A stretch of DNA of 64,000 nucleotides from Octopus sinensis. Lineage: Eukaryota. Of the stretch, positions 51,418-64,000 are shown in pieces. The stretch covers positions 11,470,001 to 11,534,000 of the forward strand of contig NC_043007.1 in NCBI RefSeq assembly GCF_006345805.1, written 5' to 3'. The notes beneath the pieces are model-generated. The model was not told where the DNA came from. It did no database searches and saw only the letters and a list, made by a program, of their open reading frames with translations. The stretch's first letter is position 1. Each line of letters opens with the position of its first letter. Both the position numbers and the translations under genes were made by a program.

Positions 51418-52203
51418 CCCTAAACCAACAAAAAAAAATCTACTGAGAATTCTAGCATGTGATCCAATGAAAGAAATGTTTGTATTCAACTGATATACAA
51501 TAATTTACCCAGGAATTCTTGATTCCAAAATGTGAGTCTGCCAGCATAGAACCTCATTTTTTAAAATAACGTTACATTTTATAGAATAATTCCACTGAAA
51601 AATAATAAAAGTTTTAATGCTCATGAAAAATATGAAGGAAAACAAAATGCAGTCAATTTTCAATATAAACAAATTCCATCTAACATTGGAATTTAGTTCT
51701 TCAATTTTCAAAGTATTTTGTTTTTCTTACAAATAAAACAGGAAAAAATTACTTCATTCCCAAACCAATCTCGTTTCACTTTAGTATTTTGCCAATGCTA
51801 TTTTAATAAATGTCCACTCAGTTAAAAATGGTATGCACTTTATCTTCCTTATCTCTATCCATTACAAAACTTGCTAAATGCATTGTCAAATCATAATCAA
51901 AATCATCTACAAATGGGTGCGAGATTATTGAACAAACTAAATGTACACATTCAGAAACAATAGATTTTTCTCACTATAAATATGATGATATTATCATGAA
52001 AAACATTTATATTCATAGTAGAAACATTTCCAAAAACGTATTAATGCCGTATATCAGATGAATACATAATATTTAACTAATGTATTGTTTCATCTGTTTT
52101 CGATTGACATATATGTGTTCTGACATGGCTGGCTGTGTGGTGAACATAGTGGCTATGCAACTTATGGAGTAAGTTTCATAAAAAAATATTTATTGGTGAT
52201 ATA

Positions 52204-52617
52204 GGCGCAGGAGTGGCTGTGTGGTAATTAGCTTGCTTATGAACCATATGGTTCCGGATTCAGTCCCACTGCGCGACACCTTGGGCAAGTGTCTTCTACT
52301 ATAGCCTTGGGTTGACCAAAGCCTTGTGAGTGGATTTGGTAGATGGAAACAGAAAGAAGCCCGTCGTATATATGTACATGTATATATATATATGTGTGTG
52401 TGTATAGTTTGTATGTCTGTGTTTGTCCCCCCAACATTGCTTGACAACCGATGCTGGTGTGTTTACATCTCCATAACTTACTAGTTCAACAAAAGAGACT
52501 GATAGAATAAGTACTAGGCGTCCAAAGAATGAGTACTGGGGTAGATTTGCTCGACTAAAGGCAGTGCTCCAGCATGGCCACAGTCAAATGACTGAAACAT
52601 GTAAAGGAGAGTAAAAG
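52204..52617 (+). mobile_element. SINE family A, full length
   Basis: Family consensus. Confidence 0.9.
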
Positions 52618-52628
52618 ATATATACACA

Positions 52629-52670
<42 letters not shown>

Positions 52671-53749
52671 GTTTTAGGTTCAGTCTCACTGCACTGCACC
52701 TTCGAAAAGTGTCTTCAGCTAATGTCTTGTGAATGAATTTGGTGGATGGAAACTATATGGAAGCTCATTATATGTGGGTATGTGGCTTTGATTCTAGGTT
52801 TGTCTTCTTCCACCACTTAAAACTAGTATTGTTTTATTTACATCCCTGTAACTTAGTGGTTCGGCAAAAGAAACTGATAGAATAAGTACCAGATTTAAAA
52901 GTTAAGTAGTGCAGGTAATTTGTTTGACTAAATTCATCAAGGTGGTGCCCCAGCAAGGCCACAGTTCAATAATTCAAACAAGTAAATATATACTGAGGCT
53001 GGCCACATTTTGGTGCTAAGCAATTAAGGATGTTAGCAGATTTCAACGTGACAAATTGAGAAGATATTTGTAAGGGTTAAGATGTGCTGAGGAATGTAAG
53101 AACTTTGTGTCAAACCAGAAACTGGTCCACATGTATACCAGTTCCATTAAATATACAGCTGTATGCTATAATAGTATGTGAGAGGTATTTTTACAGATTG
53201 CTCACCCATATACTGCTGTATCTGTTATTTTCGGTGTAATATTTAGTGCATTATTTACATTATTTACATTTGACAGATATTTGTCTTCATCTTGTTTGTT
53301 GTTAACACGTTTTGGCTGATATATCCTCCAGCCTTCATCAGGTGTCTTGGGGAAATTTCGAACCTGGGTTCTCATTCCTAAGGTATTTTTAATTTCTGCT
53401 CTCTCAGTGCTCTTGTCGTCGTCGTAGGTATCCTGCGCTCTTAACCACTATGCCATATGTAATTTTTGGTGGTCCAAATGACGGTTCTAACTCTTATATC
53501 TAGTGGATAGACACTTCAATGTATCCTTTGATTAATAAATATGTATATATATAAATACATACACTCTAGGAGTGGTTTGGCATTAGGAAATGCATTCAAC
53601 CATAGAAACCATGCCAAATCAGACTGGAGTCTGGTGCGGCCCCTCAGCTTACCAGCCCTGGTCAAAGCGTCCAACCTATGTCAGCATGGACAATGGACGC
53701 TAAATGATGATGATGCAGAGGATGATGATTACATATATATATGTGTGTG

Positions 53750-54022
53750 TGTGTGTGGCTTCTGTGCCAGTGGCATGTAAAAAGCACTATCCAAATGTGA
53801 TTGATGCCAGGCCCACTTGACTGGCTCCTGTGCCTGTGGCACGTAAAAAGCACCCACTACTCTCTCGGAGTGGGTGATGTTAGGAAGGGCATCCAGCTGT
53901 AGAAACTCTGCCAGATCAAGATTGAAGCCTGGTGCAGTCACTGGCTCTCTACACCTCAGTCAAACCGTCCAACCCATGCCAGCATGGAAAACGGACGTTA
54001 AACGATGATGATGATGATAATA

Positions 54023-54065
<43 letters not shown>
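53750..54065 (+). mobile_element. RTE 3' UTR copy with a long (GAT)n tail
   Basis: ggaagggcatccagctgtagaaactctgcc...ggacgttaaacgatgatg. Confidence 0.85.
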
Positions 54066-54066
<1 letters not shown>

Positions 54067-55459
54067 ATAAATGACGAAAAAAATATACTATGATAAAATT
54101 TATTTAACCATAGGAAATTCTTATTTAATGACAGTTGTTTCGCAACTTAATACATGTATAGATAATTTATTTTATTATTTTATTATATTATATTTTATAA
54201 TAAATAATGAATTACTTCTATGTCTGTCTTAATATAAACAATCTTTAAATTAATCTTGATATTAAGCTAGCTCTTCAGGTTAAAATAAATCTATAAATCC
54301 ATGTTAAAAATAAATTTTGTAATCCCTATATTTCATAATCCTATATTTGGTAAACATTGTCTCTAATAACTTTTATTTAGTTTCACTTTGTTATTATTTT
54401 TTCCTTATAATCTTTTATTTTCTAAATTATTAATGATAAATATATCATTTTCCTTTTCTTATACCAAAAGTATCCACTAGTTACTTTTTAATATCCTACT
54501 AAATTTCGCTTCCTTTCTTTAGAAAACTGTTTTATTAATTTCTATTAAATATTTTTCTTATTGTCTTCCACATTTTATAAGGTTCTCTTTTAAAATATTG
54601 ACTTTGCATTCTTGAAACATTATGTTGAGGGATTATTTTTTAACATGGATTTCTTTTAACTTGAAGAGCTCACTTAATATCTACATTAAATTCAAGATTG
54701 TTTATATTAGTGCAGACATGTAAGTAATCCTTTCCTTATTATGAAATATAATAAAATAAATTATCTTTACATGTTTTATTAAGCTATGAAACAATTGTTG
54801 TTAGATAAGAATTTCCAATGGTTAAATAAATTTTATCATAATATATGACTTTGATAAGAAACATTTTGTCACCAACTGTAAACAGATTGTCTACATGGCA
54901 AATATTACACGCTGATTTGCTCAGTGAATACACACACATACAAGCACACACATATATACATACATACAAATGGACAGACAGACATACATACATACATACA
55001 CACACATATATACACTGTCATAAAATGCAGTCATTGGTAACAAATGCTTCATTTTATTTTTATTTTTAGAGCTTCACTGAAGAGATTGAATGTTAGAACT
55101 TTATAACCATTCAAAAACAGCTTATCTCTGTAACAAATATGATATGAGCAAATATGTCTGATGAGAAACTATGTAGGTGTATGCATGGCGTAGGCACAGG
55201 CATGGTAAGAAGTATGCTTCCTAACCACATGGTTTCAAGTTCAGTTCCATGGCAGGGCAATTTGGGTAAGTGTGTAAATGTAGACATGTCAGTGTGGTTA
55301 ACATGTTTTTCTCAACTAGATAGCTTTCGGCTTGATCCCACATGCAACTGACCAAGTGTGTTCTACTATAGACCCCAGGCAAACCAAAGTCTTGTGAGTG
55401 GAACACATGACACACATACACACATATATGTGTATGTATGTGTATGTGTATATATATAT

Positions 55460-55509
<50 letters not shown>

Positions 55510-56052
55510 CATAGCGGTTCTATTCTAGCAAAAACTGTCCGACGAACGGGAATGTGAAACTCAGAGTAACTGGTTTTGTTGAATTTTCTGCTGCTTTAAA
55601 TAAAGTATATATATATGTATATATATGTATGTGTATATATATATATGCATGTATATATATATATATAAATATTTATATATATATATATATGCATGATATA
55701 TATATATATATATGTGTGTATGTGTGTGCCTATATATATATATATATATATATAGATATATATATATATACACAGCATGGCACCTTGGGCAAGTATCTTC
55801 TACAATAAACTTGAGTCAACCAAAGCCTTGTGAGTGGATTTGGTAGAAGGAAACTGAAAGAACTTGATAACAGGTGTTGGTGTCATTACATCCCCTGCAA
55901 CTTAGCAGCTCAGCAAAAGACACTAAGAGAGTAAGTACTAGAATTTTTAAAAAATAAGTCCTGGGATCGAATTGTTTGACTAAAACCCTTCTGGGTGGTG
56001 CCTCAGCAAAGCTGCAGTCAAATGACTGAAACAAGTAGAAGATAAAAGATAT

Positions 56053-56085
<33 letters not shown>

Positions 56086-56656
56086 GATATACACACACGC
56101 ACACATGTGTATGTGTGCATGTGTTTGCATGTGTGTGAGTGAGTGTGTGTTTGTAACAAACATAATAGCATTGAAATCAATGTGAGAAAAAAGTTTAATT
56201 GATCATTTGATATTTAATGGGAGGAAAAAAAGTTGTCTAATCTTAAATATTTTGAGCTCAAACTCTTCTTCAGAAAGGCATAAAAGAAATGATAAGGTTC
56301 ACTTTTAAACAAATAAACAAAAATGAGAGTAAGAGGGGAAATGTATTTAGTCTGTACCAAGACATACTGAAAATATTGGAATTACAATTCATTATAATTA
56401 ATCCAATATTAATGAAGCTATAAGACTCTACATTTTTGTATTGAGCTCTCTACAGGAGAGTTTATATAGTTAGATGAGATGTTAGAAACATCAGCCAAGT
56501 CTCTTTTCAATATCACATATATACTGTCTGTAGTTCTATAGTAACAGCTTGTTTTGGATTACAAAAACTAAGAGTAAATATAAGTATGCTGATTAAAATA
56601 AGTGTGTTTATCAGTGTGCATATACAGATGTGTGTGTGTATATATATATATGCATG

Positions 56657-56688
<32 letters not shown>

Positions 56689-57286
56689 CCTATATATATA
56701 TATGTATATATATGTATGTGTATATACACAGATATATATGTATATATGTATGTGTATATACACACACAGATATATATGTATATATGTATGTGTATATACA
56801 CACACACATAAACATATATATATATATGTAGATATGTAGATGTGTGTATATATATATATATGTATGTATGTATGTATGTATGAATGTATGTATGTATGTA
56901 TGTATGTATGTATCTCATAAACTGTGTACACACTTAAGCTTTCTAATCTTCTTTTGAAGTCTTTAATGAAAATCTACTTAACAACTTAAACAAAAAGACA
57001 AAAAAGAAAAAAGTGTTCTTTTAAAAAAGAAAAAAATAGAATTGTTTTTAAGGAAGTGAAATGTATTCCAGCTGGTCAACACATTTTGCACGTATGCACA
57101 CACTTAAACACACACACACACACACACACTCATACACACACTAAAACACACATGCACACACACATATAAACATACATATATATGCAGTTGTATACACATA
57201 CATTTACAAACATATGTATATGTACATATATACATACATATATTTATATACATACGTATATATATATACAAAAGTATATATATAAA

Positions 57287-57324
<38 letters not shown>

Positions 57325-57868
57325 ATACATACACACACACACATACACATACACACATACACACACACACATACACACACATACACACACACACACATCG
57401 ACACACACATACACACATATAACCACTCATACATTTATATTTGCATACATAAAAACATATGTACATACAAGGATATCTATCATACATACATACATGCAGA
57501 CAAAATTATACACATTCATGCACGTACGCACATACACATACATTTATACATATCAACATACGCATTACACACACATAGGCTAACATATAGGCAAACACGC
57601 AGACACACACATATACATACATACAAACAAACACACACATATACATACATGTGTAGACGTATATGCTTATTTACATACAAGTTTACAAGACAACAATGAC
57701 TCTTTCACGACTGTCCCATTTTCTCCTCTAACTCAGTCTCTGTAATAAATACATTCATTTCACTTTTATCTACGGCTCAGTCTGCTGTAATTTCTGATTT
57801 TATCTCTTTGTTTTTTAATCAATAAATTCAATGATAACATTCCTTATATATATATATACATATATATA

Positions 57869-58267
57869 GGTGAAGGAGTGGCTGTGTGGTAAGTAGCTTG
57901 CTTACCAACCACATGGTTCCAGATTCAGTCCCACTGCGTGGCACCTTGAGCAAGTGTCTTCTACTATAGCCTCGGGCCAACCAAAGCCTTGTGAGTGGAT
58001 TTGGTAGACAGAAACTGAAAGAAGCCCGTCGTATATATGTATATATATATATATATGTGTGTATGTTTGTGTGTTGTGTTCCCCCCCCCACATCACTTGA
58101 CAACCGATGCTGGTGTGTTTATGTCCTCGTAACTTAGCGGTTCGGCAAAAGAGACCGATAGAATAAGTTCTAGGCTTACAAAGGATAAGTCCTGGGGTTG
58201 ATTTGCTCGACTAAAGGCTGTGCTCCAGCATGGCCACAGTCACATGACTGAAACAAGTAAAAGAGTA
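57869..58267 (+). mobile_element. SINE family A, full length
   Basis: Family consensus. Confidence 0.9.
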
Positions 58268-58284
58268 ATACATATATATATATT

Positions 58285-58495
58285 TCTTTACTCTCTTTCA
58301 CTTGTTTCAGTCATTTGACTGTGGCCATGCTGGAGCACCACCTTTAGTTGAGTGAATCGACCCCAGAACTTACTCTTTGTAAGCCTAGTACTTATTCTAT
58401 CAGTCTCTTTTGCTGAACCACTAAGTTACGGGGACGTAAACACACCAACATCGGTTGTCAAGCGATGTTGGGGAGACAAACACAGACACACATAC
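58285..58495 (-). mobile_element. SINE family A 3' half, tail-to-tail with the preceding copy
   Basis: Reverse complement of the 58080-58267 region. Confidence 0.88.
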
Positions 58496-58532
58496 ACATA
58501 TATATATATGACATGCAGATGATATATATATA

Positions 58533-61500
58533 TCATCATCATCATCATCATCATTTAACGTCCGCTCTCCATGCTAGCATGGGTTGGACGATTTGACTGA
58601 GGTCTGGTGAACCAGACTCCAATCTGACCTGACAGAGTTTCTACAGCTGGATGCCCTTCCTAATGCCATCCACTCTGATAGTGTAGTGGGTGCTTTTATG
58701 TTCCACTGGCACGAGGGCCAGCTTGGTGGTATTGGCAATGGCCACGTCCAAAGGGTGCTTTTTATGTGTCACCTGCACAGGAGCCAGTCCAGCGGCACTG
58801 GCGACGTCCTCGCTCAAATGTTTCACGTGCCACCAGCACAAGTGCTAGTAAGGTGACACGGTAACGATCATGCTCGAATGGTGTGCTTAAAGTGCCACCA
58901 GCACAAAAGCCAGTTTGTTGCTCAGGCAACGATCACACTCGTATGGTACTGTTAGCGCTCCACTAGCCACAGATGCCAGTCACCGAATTTGATTTCGATT
59001 TCGATTTCACTTGCTTCAACTGATCTTCACAAGCAGAGTTTAGAGTCCAATGAAGAAAAGGCACACATAAGTGGACTGGTTACCCCCTAGCATAGGCCAC
59101 AAGGTTATGGTCACACTTGAGCTTGCCAAGTCTTCTGCAGCACAGCATATTTCCAGAGGTCCCGGTCACTAGTCATTGCTTCGGTGAGGCCCAATGTTTG
59201 AAGGTCATGCTTCACCACCTCACCCCAGGTCTTCCTGGGTCTACCTCTTCCACAGGTTCCCTCAACTGCTAGAGTTTGGCACTTTTTCACACAACTATTC
59301 ACATCCATTCTTGCTACATGACCATACCAGCGCAGTCATCTCTCTTGCACACCACATCTGATGCTTCTTAGGTCCAACTTTTCTCTCAAAGTACATACAC
59401 TCTGTTGAATATGCACACTGACATTACATATCCAGCGGAGCATACTGACTTCATTCCTTGTGAGCTTATGCATGTCTCAGCAGTCACGGCCCATGTTTCA
59501 CTGCCATGTAGCATGGCTGTTCGTACACATGCATCATAGTCTACCTTTTACTCTGAGCGAGAGGCCCTTTGTCACCAGCAGAGGTAAGAGCTCTCTGAAC
59601 TTTGCCCAGGCTATTTTTATTCTAGCAGCTACATTTTCAGCGCACCCTCCTCCACTACTGATTTGGTCACCTAGGTAACAGAAGCTATCAACTACTTCTA
59701 GTTTTTCTCCCTGGAATGTGGCGGAAGTTGTTCTCTGCACATTTTCAGTGTTATATATAGCTCCCGAACATCTGCTACATATGAAAACTATCCTCCCAGT
59801 TAGCCTTCCTTTGATATTGCTGCACCTCTTATGTGTCCATAGCTTACACTGGGTACATATTATAGAGTTTCTACCTACACCTTTTCTACAAATCGAGCAG
59901 GGCCATCTACCTGAAGGGATTTGTGGTTTGTCTGCCTTCCTACTTATGAGGACTTTGGTTTTAGTTACGTTGACTCTAAGGCCCTTCGATTCTAATCCTT
60001 CTTTCCACACTTGAAACTTCTCCTCTAGTTCTGTTAGTGACTCAGCAATTAGAGCAAAGTCGTCAGCATAGAGGAGCCCCCAGGGCCATCCTGTCTAGAA
60101 TTCCTCCGTTATTGCCTGGAGGACTATGATAAATAGGAGGAGGCTGAGGACTGAACTTTGGTGGACCCCAACCTCTACCCGGAATTCTTCACTGTACTCG
60201 TTGCCAGCCCTCACCTTACTGACAGAGTCCCTGTACATGGCTTGCACAGCTCTCACTAACCATTCATCTACCCCTAGTTTCCTCATTGACCACCAGATAA
60301 GGGATCGGGGGACTCTGTCAAAGTCTTTCTCCATGTCAACAAAAGCCAGGTACAGGGGCTTATCTTTGGCTAGGTATTTCTCCTGCAGCTGTCTAACCAG
60401 AAATATAGCATCAGTGGTGCTTTTCCCTGGCACGAAACCAAACTGCATCTTATCTAAACTGACTCTCTTCCTAATTAGTTGGGCTATGACCCTCTCCATG
60501 ATCTTCATTACCTGATCCAAGAGCTTAATACCTTTGTAATTATTTGTATCTAAAGCATCACCTTTTCCTTTGTAGCAGTTAACTATAGTGCTGCTACACC
60601 AGTCATTGGGAATGACTCCTTCGTGTATCACCTGGTTAACTATATGGGTGACCAGGCTAATGCCAACACTGCCAGATACTTTGAGCATCTCTGCAGTAAT
60701 TCCTGATGGGCTGGGGTCTTTCCCTGTGTTCATACTTTTAATTACTTTAACTATCAAGGTACTGTCAACTCGGATAGCTGGTCCCTCTGTTGGGCCGATA
60801 ATCGGCAGACTCTCTTTCTCCCATTCATTTTCTTTGTTCAGCAACCTTTCATAGTGGCATCTCCAAACCTCTCTCTTTGCAGCCTCATTTAGTGCAAGTG
60901 AACCATCATCCATGCAAACACATTTCTGTCCTACCACATCATGATTCTCTCTCACACACTGTCTTGCAACACGAAGTACCTCAAGTCTTTCGTCCTCATG
61001 GCGCAGAACATTGGCAAATTTTTTCTTATCTGCTTCCCCTCTGGCTAAATAAACCTGTCTCCTAGCTTCTCGTCTGGAAGTCTGATACAATTCCCTGCTA
61101 CCACCATTCTTCCAGTGCTTCCAAACCTGTTTCTTTTCTCTGATAGCCCTGTCTACAATGTTGTTCCACCACCACGTTATTTTGGATTTATAGGGGACTT
61201 TGCATCATCCACAGATCTGGTCAGTGGCTCTCAGCAGGTTGTCATTTAGAAACCTCCATTTGTCTTCTACCCCATGTGAAGCTATACCCACTTCTATTTC
61301 ATCAAAGGCTTCAAGTAATATGTCTCTAAATCTCTGTCTATTCGCAGGATCTTTAAGCTTCCAGACCCTTCTTCTCCATGTTGGTCGTCTTCTGGTCATC
61401 CTCTTAGTCCTGATCCTAAAGTCACTAACTACCAGTCTATGTTGTGGGGTACATTCTTTGCCTGGGAAGGTTTTGGCATTTATAAGCAGCCATCTTTCCC

Positions 61501-62063
61501 TTTTTCTGGCAAGGATGTAGTCAAATTGTCTAGTATGTCGGCCCAATCGATAGGTGAATAGGTGGCTGGTAGGTTTCCTGAAGTTAGTGTTGCAAACCAT
61601 AAGATTATTTGCATCGCAGAACTTCAGTAGCCGGGTTCCCTCCTCATTGCAGGATCCATAACCGTAGCCTCCATGTACGCCATTGAAGCCCCCAGCATGT
61701 TGTCCAACATCCCCATTGAAGTCACCAGCCATAAAGAGAAGGTCCTTGTCATTCGTCAACGAGGTAGTCTGCAGTAGGGTGTCATAGAATCAGTCTTTCT
61801 GTCCATCAGCCCTGGCTGAGGGGCATAGGCCGATATAATGGTTGCTAATCCATGATGAAGCACTAATCTAATCTTAAGTATTCTGTCACATACTCTGACT
61901 ACTTCAATTACCTTATCTACTCATTTTTCAAGGAGAAGTATACTCACACCCCTGACCCTGTCAGTGTTCCCAGCCCAGAATCTTGTAACTTTGTTTTCTT
62001 TGCTGGAGGAACCTAGCAGAACCTCCTCTCCACCTCACTTCTTGGATGCAACACATATCAACA
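58533..62063 (-). mobile_element. RTE-clade LINE, near full length, 5' end lost in the assembly gap
   Basis: (GAT)n tail, ~550-bp 3' UTR, ORF2 with APE and RT domains running up to the N-run. Confidence 0.95.
59111..62063 (-). pseudogene. RTE ORF2: APE endonuclease - RT - PHD-type finger - C-terminus
   Basis: AGDFNG and QFDYIL..(APE); QFGFVPGKSTTDAIF, GVHQ.SVLS.LLF and LLYADDF at ~60060-60075 (RT). 61759-59534 stays in one frame with a few stops; a frameshift follows KGRL. Confidence 0.95.
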
Positions 62064-62163
62064 NNNNNNNNNNNNNNNNNNNNNNNNNNNNNNNNNNNNN
62101 NNNNNNNNNNNNNNNNNNNNNNNNNNNNNNNNNNNNNNNNNNNNNNNNNNNNNNNNNNNNNNN
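62064..62163. other. Assembly gap (100 N)
   Basis: Run of N. Confidence 1.
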
Positions 62164-62199
62164 ATATTTAATAGTAAATAAATTTCTTACAGGTCTCCA

Positions 62200-62800
62200 T
62201 TAATGCAAAATGCAAAAATCTTTTAAAACGCTACATTCTCAGGTGAAGGAAAATGCTTGTTAACTACTAACATCTCAAAATTTCAAGAATGCAAAGTCAA
62301 TATTTAAATGGAATGTTAAAAATTATGGAAGACAATAAGGATAAAATTAATATAAAATAATAATTTGTCTTACAAATGGATGGAAAGGAATTTTAGTAAT
62401 ATAATTAAAAAGTAACTAGTACATATTTTTAGTATAATAAAAGGAAGAAGATATATTTATTACTAAAAATCTTGAAAATAAAAGGTTGTAAAAATAGAGA
62501 AAAAAATTATAACAAACTGAAACTTAATAAAATATTTAGAGACAATGTTTACGAAATAAAGGGATTGATTTAAACAAGAGAAATATGAACAATGTTAAAT
62601 TAAAAAATTTAAAAAATTTGGAGATATAAGTAGATATTTTTAAAAATTCATAGAAAGTATGGAAGACAATGAGAATAAAATCAATATACATTAATAAGAA
62701 AGTTTTTTTAAGAGGAGAAGGGAGATTTATTAAAATATTAAGAAATAATTAGGATCTTATATTGTTTTGGTATAAGAAAAGGAAAAACATATATTTATTC
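62200..62800 (+). repeat. AT-rich dispersed repeat with ~330-bp internal periodicity; related copy at ~54300-54650 (minus)
   Basis: Shared caagaatgcaaagtcaatattt, tggaagacaat, ttggtataagaaaaggaaaa and tagagacaatgtttac. Confidence 0.65.
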
Positions 62801-62883
62801 TTTATTGAGTCAGAGTTTGGAAAATATAGAGTTTGATATCAACATGAAAAATATGAAAAACATTAAATTAAAGATTAAAGGTC

Positions 62884-62990
<107 letters not shown>

Positions 62991-63591
62991 AATAGAGAAT
63001 AGGCTGTAATGCAGTTTAAGATTAATATATTTTAGTATTGTAGATTGGGATAGATTAAAGCATATACCGTAAGTATATAAAAACAATATTAATATACATT
63101 CATTAAGTATTGTTTAGAATACATAATTATAGTTATAATTACAAGTAGGTACACTAAAAAATATTTTTATACCTAAACATCGTATAAACATTATTATTAT
63201 CTAAATAATTTTAAAATATGAATTATCTTTATATTCAAGGTGATGGAATTGATTATATAAATAGTTAAATACCATTATTAGGGGCATGAATAATTATCAT
63301 TAGTAAGATAATGATAAAGCAATAGAAAAAAATCATATATATATATATATTCAATATGTGTCCGTGTGTGTATCGTTGGCGATTTTCTTTCTCCATCTTC
63401 CCTTCCTTGGACCTTTCCTTTTTCTATGTTTCTGACAAAGGGCTCTACTCGAATCGTTAAATCCTCCTTCTTTCTTTCCTTTCCTGAGTGTCCAATAACA
63501 CTATGCTTGTTTCACATCCTCGTTGTGTTTTCTCTTTGTTTTCATGTTTGGATTAACTATATATATATATATACACACACACATATATGTG

Positions 63592-63634
<43 letters not shown>

Positions 63635-63923
63635 TATATATTATACTACTGCTACTACTAGCATTTTGTTACTTACAATGATAAGGCTTCCAGTTGATCC
63701 AATCCACAAAGCAGCCTGCTTGTGAAATTAAGTGTCTTGCTTAAGGGCATAAGGCGTTGCCAGTAATTGAACTCTTGATCTTACAGTCATGAGCCAAATA
63801 CCTTAACCACTGAGCCACGTACCTTCACCACACACACACACACACAACCACCCACATGCACACATAGAAATATATATATATACATATATACAGACACATA
63901 TATACATACATACATATATACAT

Positions 63924-63958
<35 letters not shown>

Positions 63959-64000
63959 CACATATACGTATATACAGAGACACACATAGACAGAAGCACA

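Noticed and set aside
55076-55130. CUGAAGA followed by a hairpin and aaacagct (hammerhead-like)
   Set aside because: No stem I partner, G12 absent, and an alternative pairing (agagat/atctct) consumes the core.
62064-62200. 5' UTR or HDV-like ribozyme of the RTE LINE
   Set aside because: The 5' end falls in the N gap, and sequence beyond the gap is an unrelated AT-rich repeat.

Overview
AT-rich, microsatellite-saturated eukaryotic non-coding DNA. The repeat complement (tRNA-derived SINEs with internal (TA)n/(TG)n tracts, RTE LINEs with (GAT)n tails) points to an octopus-like cephalopod; this is inference. No host protein-coding exon, rRNA, true tRNA or CRISPR array is supportable, and most ORF-track entries are microsatellite read-throughs. 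Supported content: a near-complete RTE LINE (58.5-62.1 kb, cut by a 100-N gap) with a C4HC3 PHD-type finger inside ORF2; a decayed Mag-like Gypsy LTR element (24.8-29.7 kb); two full-length DD34D mariner elements with TIRs and TA TSDs, plus mariner/Tc1/hAT/Tigger remnants and MITEs; an R4/Dong-like 3' end inside (ATT)n; dozens of SINEs of at least four families, two of them in tandem arrays; and a 6 x 130-bp higher-order array grown from the RTE 3' UTR. The most notable signal is a set of short unrelated repeats sitting beside (TA)n tracts, often as inverted pairs, that carry minimal type-I hammerhead ribozyme motifs of the Penelope/retrozyme kind. One young family has three identical copies with a complete fold and a compensatory U3-A8 core. 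Coordinates were read by eye, so boundaries of decayed elements are approximate.
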